NCBI GenBank assembly: GCA_964628855.1
Contig: CAZVMV010000001.1
Span: 77,145-141,144, forward strand
DNA: 64,000 bases
Reading direction: 5' to 3'
Source: an uncultured Gammaproteobacteria bacterium
GTDB lineage: Bacteria; Patescibacteriota; Patescibacteriia; UBA10025; JAHIVO01
Positions 50,188-59,700 of the stretch are shown piece by piece. The notes beneath the pieces were generated by a model, which saw nothing but the letters and a program-made list of their open reading frames with translations, was not told where the DNA came from and ran no database searches. Both the position numbers and the translations under genes were made by a program. Each line of letters opens with the position of its first letter. Position 1 is the first letter of the stretch.

Positions 50188-51939
50188 TTAAGTTTGGGTA
50201 GCTCGTAAAACTTCTGAAAGCGACGTTTTTCCTTCTAGCGCTTTCAGGATGCCGTCCTGGGCCATGGTCAGGATGTTCTGGCGTTTGGCCGTTTCCTTGA
50301 TGGCGTCGATCGTCGGATTAGTAACGATCACATTTTTCAGTTCTTCGTCAATTTCAATTATTTCGTCAATCAAAATGCGCCCCTTATATCCTGTATTTTC
50401 ACATCTCAGGCAACCCTGGCCTTCGTGGAACAGCAATTTTTCGGCGTTGTCGCCAAGCCTTGATTTCAGCATCTCAGGAGGAATATTAGACAGTTCCCGC
50501 TCAACTTTTTTCCTCAACTCCACAGGAATCTCATTAACCTTCTGGCAATACGGGCATAAACGGCGGACTAAGCGTTGGGCTACCACGGTAGTCAATGATG
50601 CGGTGATTAGGAACGGCTCAATTTTCATGTCAATCAGACGCGGAATGGCTCCGAACGCATCATTGGTATGCAAGGTGGACAATACCAGATGGCCAGTCAG
50701 TGCAGCATGGACACCCAACTCGGCCGTTTCATTATCACGGATTTCGCCGACCATGATGATATCCGGATCTTGGCGCAGGATAGAGCGTAGACCGGCCGCG
50801 AACGTTAAGCCAACCTCGGCATTTATCTGAGATTGATTCACGCCATTTATATAATACTCGACCGGATCCTCTAGAGTGATGATATTAATCGACTCGTCGT
50901 TTAGAATCGTCAATAACGCAGACAAAGTGGTTGATTTTCCCGATCCGGTAGGCCCGGTCAATAGGATCATGCCTACGGTCTTTTCTACCGATCGTTTCAT
51001 GACTTCCAGGTCACGACCTTCGAAACCGAGCTTTTCCAGGTCTAGGACGACTGCCGCACGATCGAGAATACGCATCACGACCTTCTCGTTCGAAAACAAC
51101 GGCAAGGTCGAAACACGGTAATCGATCACGCGCCCCTCCCACTCCGTCCTGAACCGTCCATCCTGCGGCACCCTAGTTTCGTCTAACTTAAGGTTTGACA
51201 AAACTTTGATACGGGCGACAATCGCGCCATGAACATATCGCGGTAAGACCAACGAAGTATGCAATACTCCATCAACACGATAACGGACGCGAGTCTCGTT
51301 TTCTACCGGTTCAATATGAATATCAGAGGCTTTCCCCTCAACCGCGTGGCGCAATATCACGGATACCATTTTTGAAACTGGTGCAGATTTCACCACTTCC
51401 TCCATCCCCTTTTCCTGGCCCATCATCTCGTCCAAGGCATCGCCATGCTTGTCCTCGGTGCTGGCCAAAGCCTCCTCCACCTCTGCTCCCAGTGTAGCGT
51501 ACTGTTTTGAAGCGTACTGGAAACCGCTCAAGGAAATGATGAAATATTTCACTTTATAATTGTTTTCCCTGGCGATATATTCGATCGCTTCGATTGCCTT
51601 GAAATCAGTCGGGTCAACCATGGCTACGCTTACATCCCCTAAATTTTTCTCAAAAGCGACGATATGGTAGTTTTCCGATAATTCTCTTGGTATCACATTC
51701 AATATCCCCTGCGTGATCGTCTTTCCAAACAGGTCCATATACGGTACGCCCAGTACTTTGCTCTTGGCCTTCACTAAATCTTCCTCTGCCACATAGCCGC
51801 GTTTCATGATCTGGTCTATCAATTCAGCTTCACTGTGTGTTTGGGACTGCAAATCAGCCAGCTTGTCCGGCGGGATCAGGCCTTGTTCAATTATGATATC
51901 AATAACAGTTTTTCGTTGTGTATTATCTGTGTCAGTCAT
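50188..51939 (-). CDS. pilB: Type IV pilus assembly ATPase PilB (GspE family).
   Basis: T2SSE_N N-terminal domain. Walker A GPTGSGKST. Asp box. His box. Tetra-Cys CPYCQ...CLRCENTG. 583 aa. Confidence 0.9.
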   Translation of the reverse strand: MTDTDNTQRKTVIDIIIEQGLIPPDKLADLQSQTHSEAELIDQIMKRGYVAEEDLVKAKSKVLGVPYMDLFGKTITQGILNVIPRELSENYHIVAFEKNLGDVSVAMVDPTDFKAIEAIEYIARENNYKVKYFIISLSGFQYASKQYATLGAEVEEALASTEDKHGDALDEMMGQEKGMEEVVKSAPVSKMVSVILRHAVEGKASDIHIEPVENETRVRYRVDGVLHTSLVLPRYVHGAIVARIKVLSNLKLDETRVPQDGRFRTEWEGRVIDYRVSTLPLFSNEKVVMRILDRAAVVLDLEKLGFEGRDLEVMKRSVEKTVGMILLTGPTGSGKSTTLSALLTILNDESINIITLEDPVEYYINGVNQSQINAEVGLTFAAGLRSILRQDPDIIMVGEIRDNETAELGVHAALTGHLVLSTLHTNDAFGAIPRLIDMKIEPFLITASLTTVVAQRLVRRLCPYCQKVNEIPVELRKKVERELSNIPPEMLKSRLGDNAEKLLFHEGQGCLRCENTGYKGRILIDEIIEIDEELKNVIVTNPTIDAIKETAKRQNILTMAQDGILKALEGKTSLSEVLRATQT

Positions 51940-51954
51940 ACTTATTTTAATTAC

Positions 51955-52851
51955 CTATGGTTGAAAAGGATTTTCGCGGTATGGGGCCGCCATTACGTCA
52001 GTAGATGATTCATTGCCGCTCGCGTCCACTCCGGTCACTGTGTAGAAATATGGGACGTTCGGGATGACCGTATCTAGAATATATTGCATATTTTCCGAAT
52101 CGTTCTGAATGTCGGCGCTTACCAAATTGCCAAGGAGTCCCCGTTCACTGGATTTGTAGATATGGACCGTACTGAAATCAGGGTCCAGAGGCACAAGCCA
52201 AGAGATTTTCACCTGACTGTCCGTCACATTCTGCACCGTTACATTCAATGGAGCGCTAGGCGGAAACGTGTCATGGGGCGTACCGGGAAATTGCTGGCCA
52301 TTTTTTGAAACAGCGCCCTCGGCATTGACCGTTAGAACGATATAATAATAAGTTGTGAGGTTAGCTAGATCGTGATCAGTGTAGTTCTGCAATGTGTCAG
52401 TAGCCTTCACCGTGGCGGTGTAAACTTCCTCCCCCAGAACGCCGACCTGCTCAGAACGGTACACTTTCACGGTAGTAAAATTTTTCTGTAGAGGAAGCTG
52501 CCAGCTGACGAGCAGGCGCCCACCCGTGCCAGGATCAGTGACGGCAATCTTTTCTGGCGCAAGCGGTACGTCAGCATCTAAATAAACTCCGGAAAGCTGT
52601 TCGGCAAACCCTGGGGCATTTTTTTCCATAAACGTCCCGATTTGTGCATCATTAAGCAGTCCTTCATTAAGCGGTGTTACTACGACCGGCTGCTCCAACG
52701 CGGTCAGGGTAGTATCCGGTACAGTATTCGTAACTGAAGGCTTGGCAAAATATGTACTATAAATGAAATATCCGCCCGGGAGCAAAAGGGTGCAAAAAAT
52801 TATCAATAATATTTTCGTCCTTTTATTTAACCCCGTTTTTTGCACTAACAT
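51955..52851 (-). CDS. Membrane-anchored protein with two fibronectin-type-III-like domains.
   Basis: N-terminal TM helix. Two FN3-like modules (LLVSWQLP...VKVYRS...YYYIVLTVNAEG and VKISWLVP...VHIYKS...YFYTVTGVDASGNES). Confidence 0.5.
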   Translation of the reverse strand: MLVQKTGLNKRTKILLIIFCTLLLPGGYFIYSTYFAKPSVTNTVPDTTLTALEQPVVVTPLNEGLLNDAQIGTFMEKNAPGFAEQLSGVYLDADVPLAPEKIAVTDPGTGGRLLVSWQLPLQKNFTTVKVYRSEQVGVLGEEVYTATVKATDTLQNYTDHDLANLTTYYYIVLTVNAEGAVSKNGQQFPGTPHDTFPPSAPLNVTVQNVTDSQVKISWLVPLDPDFSTVHIYKSSERGLLGNLVSADIQNDSENMQYILDTVIPNVPYFYTVTGVDASGNESSTDVMAAPYRENPFQP

Positions 52852-52861
52852 AATTCTACGC

Positions 52862-53443
52862 TTATTGATAATAAGTCGTTAGGTTGAGCGTATAGGCGCT
52901 GCTCCCCGGCAAGTATGATAGAGAGTTGAGCTCAAAGAAAGGCACCGAATTGCTCAGCTGGTCCAGAAAATTCTTCAGACCGGCATAACTCTCCAAACCG
53001 TCAAAACTGACGGTGATGTTCAGTTTCCGAATAACCGGCACCGCCGCCCCAGCACTCGCATTCGTGCTCGAGAATGCCCCACTGTCTATCGTTACGAGTT
53101 CCAGGCCGTTATCAGTTATCAGTTGCTTCAGCTTCATAATCACATAGGGCAGATCAGCCTCATGCGGCAATACTGATTGGATATGCTTCAATTGACTGTA
53201 GTCCAAGGCCTCATATTGTTTTTTCAGGTTCTTTAGTTTATCCAGCGCCCGTTGCTGCTGGTCGATAATTTGTTGTTTATTCTCAATGTCCGCCACGCCC
53301 ACCACCCTGATTTTGTCGACTGTTTGTTTGACAAAAAACCAGTAGCCGCCAGCTAAGATGACCAGCACCAACGCAATGACGATGCCGATATAATAGCGGT
53401 TAATGAAGGCTAGGACTGATTTTAATATTTTCCCCTTTTCCAT
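52862..53443 (-). CDS. pilO: PilO-like T4P alignment-complex protein.
   Basis: Single TM helix, a coiled-coil segment (QQIIDQQQRALDKLKNLKKQYEAL) and a C-terminal ferredoxin-like domain. Positioned after pilN. Confidence 0.6.
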   Translation of the reverse strand: MEKGKILKSVLAFINRYYIGIVIALVLVILAGGYWFFVKQTVDKIRVVGVADIENKQQIIDQQQRALDKLKNLKKQYEALDYSQLKHIQSVLPHEADLPYVIMKLKQLITDNGLELVTIDSGAFSSTNASAGAAVPVIRKLNITVSFDGLESYAGLKNFLDQLSNSVPFFELNSLSYLPGSSAYTLNLTTYYQ

Positions 53444-53449
53444 AGGTGG

Positions 53450-55354
53450 TTATTGAGGCCAATAAAATATTGTCGGCGTAATCATGAGATTGACGGAAAA
53501 TTTTACGGTGTCCTGTGTTTGCGCGATTAGTAGGCTGCCGCTGCCGGCTCCCAGGCAATTCGTATCCTCGGTGAAACAGATGCCGGTCACGGTTACCTTG
53601 GTCACGAAATCGGTGGCGCGCTTGAAGACTTCGAATTGTTTTATGGCTGATTCATAATCCTGGCCGATGGCTGCCAGCGAAACGCTGCCATTGACATCCG
53701 CGGTCAACGAAGTGAAATAAACGCCGGAAACTGTATAATTTTCTAGCTTGTTGAATATCCCGGACCAATAGACGTGCTTCTTTATCAATGTATCAATATT
53801 TCCCATTACTTGATTTAAATTTCGCACCTCTTCCTGCAATTGCTGGTAACTGTTTATTTCAATGCGGTTACTGGCAATCTGGCCGTTTAATCCGCTCACT
53901 TTTGCGGAAACATTTGAATAATAATAATTTGCCACTACCCATCCGCCAAAAACTATTCCGACAGCAATGATAATGCTCAATATGCCAACAAGAATTTTTG
54001 AAATGGGCAGGGCTTTTTCAATGATCTCTTCGGGCACCAGGTTCACTTCCCATTCGATCGGACTTAACATTTTGCCGGCGCCCTTTACGTCGGTCAATTT
54101 GACTCCGGGAATATTCTGCACCGAACCAATTTGTTTCAATGATGACTTTTTGGATGATATTTTTTTACCGCTGAATAAATCTTTGATTGCCTTCCAAAGT
54201 TTTTCCCACCACGAAACCTGGTCCACCTTTACTTCACTTGCCTTTTCTGCCGGGGGTGGCGGTGGGACGATTGGCGGGGCAGTTTTGATCGACGGGGGTG
54301 GCGGTGGTTTAGGCGTACTAATTATTGGCGTAACTACTGACTGACTCTGGACTGGTTTGACAGGCATGGGTGGAATAAATTCTTTGACCGTTTGTTTCGG
54401 TGTCTCGAGAATTTTATTTATATTTGGTTCTGGCCGGGTGAAAGGCGGCATGATTTTGTGAGGCACTGCACTATCACGATGCAACATTGGCTGCGGGATA
54501 AATGTTGGCGCTGATGGCGCAGCAACTTTTTGCTCAACACGCGCCACGATCGGCGGTTCTGGAGTTTTGATGAGCTTCTCTGGCTCTACGGGGGTCATGG
54601 AAATAATTTTTTGTTTGGGGGCGCGGACAAAAAATTTCTTAAACCAGTTAGCTATTTTTTTCCAAAATGATACTTTGGGCGCTTTCGGCTGTAGGGCCGG
54701 TATGGAAGTTTGCTTTATCACTTTGAATGCCGGATCAATTTTTGGGAAGCCTTCATGAGGAATATCAAAACGACGACCGTTAGTAGTGACCTCGGGCATT
54801 GTAACGCCATTATCCGGCTTCCTGCCATTCGTCGTGACGGTGATGACTTCGGTCGGTTTTGGTTTACGCACAGGTTCGACGGCTGGAATTTTTTCTGCGC
54901 GGATGGGCTGGTACTTTGGGAATGCATCTTTGGCCGTAACCGGAGGTACACTAGGCGCTGGCACCAGCGCTTTCGGTTTGCCGCCAAACATGGAGCTGAA
55001 AAAATTACTCATGCGTACTCCGAACGGTTTGGAGCTGCGGACCTGCATTCTTTCCTGTTCTGGCGCGACCATCTTTATTATCGGCCGTGGTGCTGGTTGC
55101 GGTTTGGGTTTCTCATAAACCAATTTCTCCTCGACCATCACTTTTTTCTCGGGCCACTGTTTTTCTGCATCAGCCACAACAGGCTTCGGCTTGGCGAAAG
55201 CCTGTTTGAAAAAACCCAAAACTCCGCCCCGCTTGATGGCTGGCTTACTTTTTTCAAGCTTAACAGGCCCAGTCATCTCAACGATGGGCGTGGGTTGGTA
55301 TTTTATTTTTCCCGTTTTAATTTTTTCCTCCGATGGGAGGAGGTTTATTGACAT
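53450..55354 (-). CDS. pilN: PilN-like protein with a ~430-aa Pro/Lys-rich cytoplasmic linker.
   Basis: Starts MSINLLP, the PilM-binding INLLP motif. Residues ~20-445 are low-complexity P/K/V-rich. Single TM helix ILVGILSIIIAVGIVFGGWVV, then a coiled coil and the periplasmic domain. 634 aa. Confidence 0.6.
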   Translation of the reverse strand: MSINLLPSEEKIKTGKIKYQPTPIVEMTGPVKLEKSKPAIKRGGVLGFFKQAFAKPKPVVADAEKQWPEKKVMVEEKLVYEKPKPQPAPRPIIKMVAPEQERMQVRSSKPFGVRMSNFFSSMFGGKPKALVPAPSVPPVTAKDAFPKYQPIRAEKIPAVEPVRKPKPTEVITVTTNGRKPDNGVTMPEVTTNGRRFDIPHEGFPKIDPAFKVIKQTSIPALQPKAPKVSFWKKIANWFKKFFVRAPKQKIISMTPVEPEKLIKTPEPPIVARVEQKVAAPSAPTFIPQPMLHRDSAVPHKIMPPFTRPEPNINKILETPKQTVKEFIPPMPVKPVQSQSVVTPIISTPKPPPPPSIKTAPPIVPPPPPAEKASEVKVDQVSWWEKLWKAIKDLFSGKKISSKKSSLKQIGSVQNIPGVKLTDVKGAGKMLSPIEWEVNLVPEEIIEKALPISKILVGILSIIIAVGIVFGGWVVANYYYSNVSAKVSGLNGQIASNRIEINSYQQLQEEVRNLNQVMGNIDTLIKKHVYWSGIFNKLENYTVSGVYFTSLTADVNGSVSLAAIGQDYESAIKQFEVFKRATDFVTKVTVTGICFTEDTNCLGAGSGSLLIAQTQDTVKFSVNLMITPTIFYWPQ

Positions 55355-55574
55355 ACCTGGGTTTTATTTTTGTTTTTTCGGAGCAAATGTAAAAGCCGGT
55401 ATTTTTGTGGCAATTTACCGAACTCCGCCGCTGCTTCTTTATTTGCAAATAGCGGTATTTATTTACATATATATTGTAGCATATCTAGCAAAATTAGTCA
55501 ATACCTGAAAACAATTATCTTCAAAATTTATCCTATTTTAATTAATAAATAATTCTTTGTCATATTTTTATTTA

Positions 55575-55604
55575 ATAAAAAACAATGGGTTTTTCGCCCA
55601 TTGT
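55575..55604 (-). terminator. Rho-independent terminator after pilM.
   Basis: CAATGGG-TTTTTCG-CCCATTG. On the minus strand it is followed by TTTTTTATT. Confidence 0.45.
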
Positions 55605-55624
55605 TCAGTATGTTTTATAATAAA

Positions 55625-56734
55625 TTACACTATTTCCCGCATTGCCAGTCCGATCGAAACCGCCATCCTAGGGCCCAGCTCCTTCAATAATGCGTCGATT
55701 TCTACCGGATGAATGACTCGTGCCCACGGATCACCGATAAACGACTTGATGTTGAATATCCCCTCGATCGTGTTTGGCATATTCGCTAAAAATGAGGAAC
55801 CGCCGGTCAAAATGACTTTCGTGATTGGTTTCTTGTTCTGATTCTGATAAATGTTCAGGATATAACGGATCTCATTAATTATGGAATTTATGACGTAGCT
55901 CACCGGTTTCGGAAGTTTGCTGATTGATTCTGACGTCACCGACATCCCGACGTCACGCTTGAATTGCTCGGCTTGCTCCTGGGTCAGTCCCATAGTTTCC
56001 TGCAATGCGCGCGTAATTCCCTTACCACCAACGTCAATACTGCGGTTTAAAATCGGAACGCCGCTAGAAAAAATTATTATACTGGAAGTCTGACTGCCGA
56101 TATCTATCACCATCACCGGGTTCATGTCATTGCCGACCAGCGAACGTTCGAGCGCAAAAGATTCCGTTTCCAGCCCGACCAGCTGCAGCCCGACCAGTTT
56201 GAAAAGCTCTACATACCGGTTGACCAAATTTTTCGGGGCAGCCGTCATCAATATCCGTAAATTTGTTTTTGCTGGCGTGGCGCCAATTTCTTTTTTGTCA
56301 TTTTTTACATCTTTTTTCCCGTCGGAGTTGGCTTGCGGGGCAGCGGCCTCGCCAGGCTCTTTCAAAACTTCCCAGTCGAGAATCATTTCTTCAAGCGGGA
56401 TCGGTACGAATTTTTTCGCTTCCCAGCGGATGGCAGAGACCAAATCCTTATCCTTCATAGCCGGCAGGTTGATGATGGAACTGAACACTGAAAATGACGG
56501 CAAGGCTGCAATTGCGGCAGTAGCCCCAGCCCTGGTCTGTTTCATCAGCTCCTGTAGCTGGTTGGCGATTGCCGCTCTGGCAGCCGGATTGTCATCCTTG
56601 ATGATATTGTAAGTCTCGTCGATAAAACCATAAGTAACCAGCTGTGGTCGCCCATTTCCGGCGTTACGCAGTTCGACCAGTTTGATGCTGGCACCACTGA
56701 GATCGATACCGAGATAATTTAGATTTTTTGCCAT
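55625..56734 (-). CDS. pilM: Type IV pilus assembly ATPase-fold protein PilM.
   Basis: Actin-like fold (GIDLSGASIKLVEL). Carries a Lys/Asp-rich insertion. 369 aa. Upstream of pilN. Confidence 0.85.
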   Translation of the reverse strand: MAKNLNYLGIDLSGASIKLVELRNAGNGRPQLVTYGFIDETYNIIKDDNPAARAAIANQLQELMKQTRAGATAAIAALPSFSVFSSIINLPAMKDKDLVSAIRWEAKKFVPIPLEEMILDWEVLKEPGEAAAPQANSDGKKDVKNDKKEIGATPAKTNLRILMTAAPKNLVNRYVELFKLVGLQLVGLETESFALERSLVGNDMNPVMVIDIGSQTSSIIIFSSGVPILNRSIDVGGKGITRALQETMGLTQEQAEQFKRDVGMSVTSESISKLPKPVSYVINSIINEIRYILNIYQNQNKKPITKVILTGGSSFLANMPNTIEGIFNIKSFIGDPWARVIHPVEIDALLKELGPRMAVSIGLAMREIV

Positions 56735-56745
56735 ATATTTTTTAT

Positions 56746-59700
56746 TTATGGAGTGACGCGATGGTAGACCGGCAAAGCCTGAATGAAATCGACGAGACCG
56801 GGCGGAGTGTTCGCCACTACCCTCCCATCATACAGTATCTGTTCGGCCGGATCAAGATTCTTCATGTACTTGCGGTCAAAATTGTAGCCGGTACCGGCCA
56901 CGAACAAACCGGAAACAGATAACGGAATCTGATAATCAATAGCTAGTGTTGTAGAGTTCTTCTGCAGACATCGTGTTTCCCCCGCTGCGGCGATAAGTTC
57001 GGTCGTATCACTGCCCCGACGTATGCGCAGGTCAAATTCTGAAATACCAGCAACACCCGGACGGTATGTCGTACGCGCAATAAACGCATTGATCTGACGA
57101 GTAATATCAGAAAACGCGACCTGTTGGTTGTTCCCAAAAGCATTCAAAGACACGTTTTGTGCCACTTCGCTTACCTCTGCAGTAAGCGGCAATGCCCACG
57201 GGGCTCCGGCAGTTGCCGTAATCTGTGCTGCGGTGGGATAATTTTGCAATAATCCCTGACGTAATTCCATCGCAGTAGTGCCGGCTGCACACATAGTCGT
57301 ATGTACCTGGGCTTTCAATATTTCCGCATTTATAGGGATGCTAATCGGGAATTGCAGATACGCGCGTTGGGCTGTCGTACCGTTCCAGCCGAATAATAGG
57401 TTTTGGGTAGACGAATCAGTGGTCGTACTTGTTACGGTTGATCCTATTGGTGGCGGCGTGGTCGGATACGTTGCCCGCCGAGGTGAATACTCGATTACCA
57501 GCTGTGGCGCGTTGGTTGCCGCAGAGTCGTAGGTCTGGAATCCACGGGATTCACCCGTCGCCGCATCCCCTTCTTTTATTACTAAACCCAGATAGTTACC
57601 GGCGGAATAATTATCCTTGCTGACAAAACGCTGAATGATGGCTTTCAGGTCCGGAGTCTGGTACCATGTGCCGGATACCCAGTTGCTGTTGATCAGGAAA
57701 TTGACGCTGTTCGAAGTCGCAATATTATATAAAGTGGGATTCGGCGAACTGGTGAAATTTAGCGTGCTCGCATTCTCCCCGTCGATCAGATACAGGCGGG
57801 CATTGAAATCACCAATACCTGAACCGTTACTCCTCAAACGTAAATAGGCGCTCTTGATCTCTGCCCCGGCTGGTACACCCAACGGGAACCTCAAGAAAGA
57901 ACGATTTGTCGTACTGGCGCCAGGTCTGCCGAAACTACTGGCTACATCCTGATAAGCGTTCAAATATGTGGAACCGTCATACGATACGAAAGTATCGTCA
58001 ACCGATTCAGTATATGAATATGAAGGCGCTTTTCTACCTGTGCTGATTATGCCCTCCAGATTCTCCACCACAGTTGTGGTCGTAGGATCATCAGCAGTCG
58101 AAGGATTATCAATGGCTGCAACCACCGAGGATACTTTACTGATCAGTGAATTGATATAGACATTTCCTCTGACGATGATGGCGGCAGACGGCAACTCGAC
58201 TAAATTCGTTATATGAGGATCATCACATGTTCCACTACCACAATCCGCATCCACCCGGCAAACTGAATTGTCGCTGCAACGTTTGTCGTAATAGATGTTT
58301 GCATTTATTTCCAGATTGCCGTCAACGACAATTACTCCTGCTCCGGAAGTTGCCGGATTTGTAGAATCATCACCCTGTAGGAATGTCATGTCGCTATTAA
58401 TGGTATATGTCGGCTGTCCGTGGAAATAGTAAACCTTATTTCCCAGAACCGTATTGCGAGCCGGCAGGCCGGTCCAGGTGAAGGCACCGCTAGTGCTGAT
58501 ATCCGTGCCCACTCCTTCGACAACAGTTGTGCCGTGCCTATTCTTACTGCCATTGGTGCGGCCGACCAGGCCATTTACATCCAGCTTCGCTAGCAGATCT
58601 GCGCCAAGCGTCTGGATGGATGGCTGGTTCTGGACTAATGGGCTGAAACCTGGCTGTTCCGGCAACTGAGATGTGGGTGAGCCGGTAGTAGTGCCGCCAT
58701 AATAACCAGAGATGCCGCTGATGGCGCCGCCTGATTCAATCAAATATGTCGAGGTATAATCGCCTGTACCGCGTGGTGGAGGTGCGAGGGAAATGTTCTG
58801 GCTGGCATGGATGTCGGCGAACATTGTCTTCACCCACGGTATGCCCAATAATGCACCGGCGGGCATAAATTCTACCCAACCATTCCCACCCTGCGCAATG
58901 CCCGGCGACCACAAGGAATAATCAATATTATTTTTACCGCAGTAATAGAGCTCAAACGTATCCCAGCCGTAATCCAAACATTGTGGGTAAACAGTGTCAG
59001 TACATTCGTTTGATGAATGGTAGTTTTTAAGTACACCGGTATCCATGAGTCGTTTCTCAATATGCCAATTAGCTGTGCTCGTTAAGCTCATTTCCGGAAT
59101 GTTACCAACGGCATACATATATGTACCATCAATAGCGAAACCATTTATCCCATAATCTCCCGATGGATTATTCAATTCCATCGCCCCATTACTTAGCACG
59201 ACATTGCCTGGCTGGGAATAACCCCACCCATTTGTAGTTGCAGTGCTAAAAGGCGTTCCAGAATTTTTATCCCATTTTTGGTAATGCCAGCGCGGGGCGC
59301 CACCGGCGTACAGATATGTTCCGTCAACTGACAGGGCTACTGCTGAGTCTGACGAAGTGGATGAATACTGGATAAATCCGCCCGTGCCAAACCCGGCGTC
59401 TGGAGAGCCGGTCACTTTGTCGTATTTTCCGATAAGCAAATTTAATGTCCCGCTGAAAATGTTACCTCCGACATACAAAGACTGGCCATCCAGGATTATA
59501 TCTGAGGCAAAATAAGAATTTGCCGGACCGGTCACCGCCCCGCCGGTACCAAAGGCTGGCTCTAGGGTGCCATTATCAAGTCGGCGTTTCTCGATGCGCC
59601 ATTTGTCCGGACCCGAACCAGAAGTATTGGCATTCGAGCCGGCGATGTACATGTATGTACCGTCGGCAGTTATGCTGAATATCGCATTGTCGCAACCCGG

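Noticed and set aside
54710-55351. 213-aa plus-strand ORF rich in F, W, R and H.
   Set aside because: It is antisense to the proline-rich linker of pilN. Its composition is the mirror image of low-complexity coding sequence.
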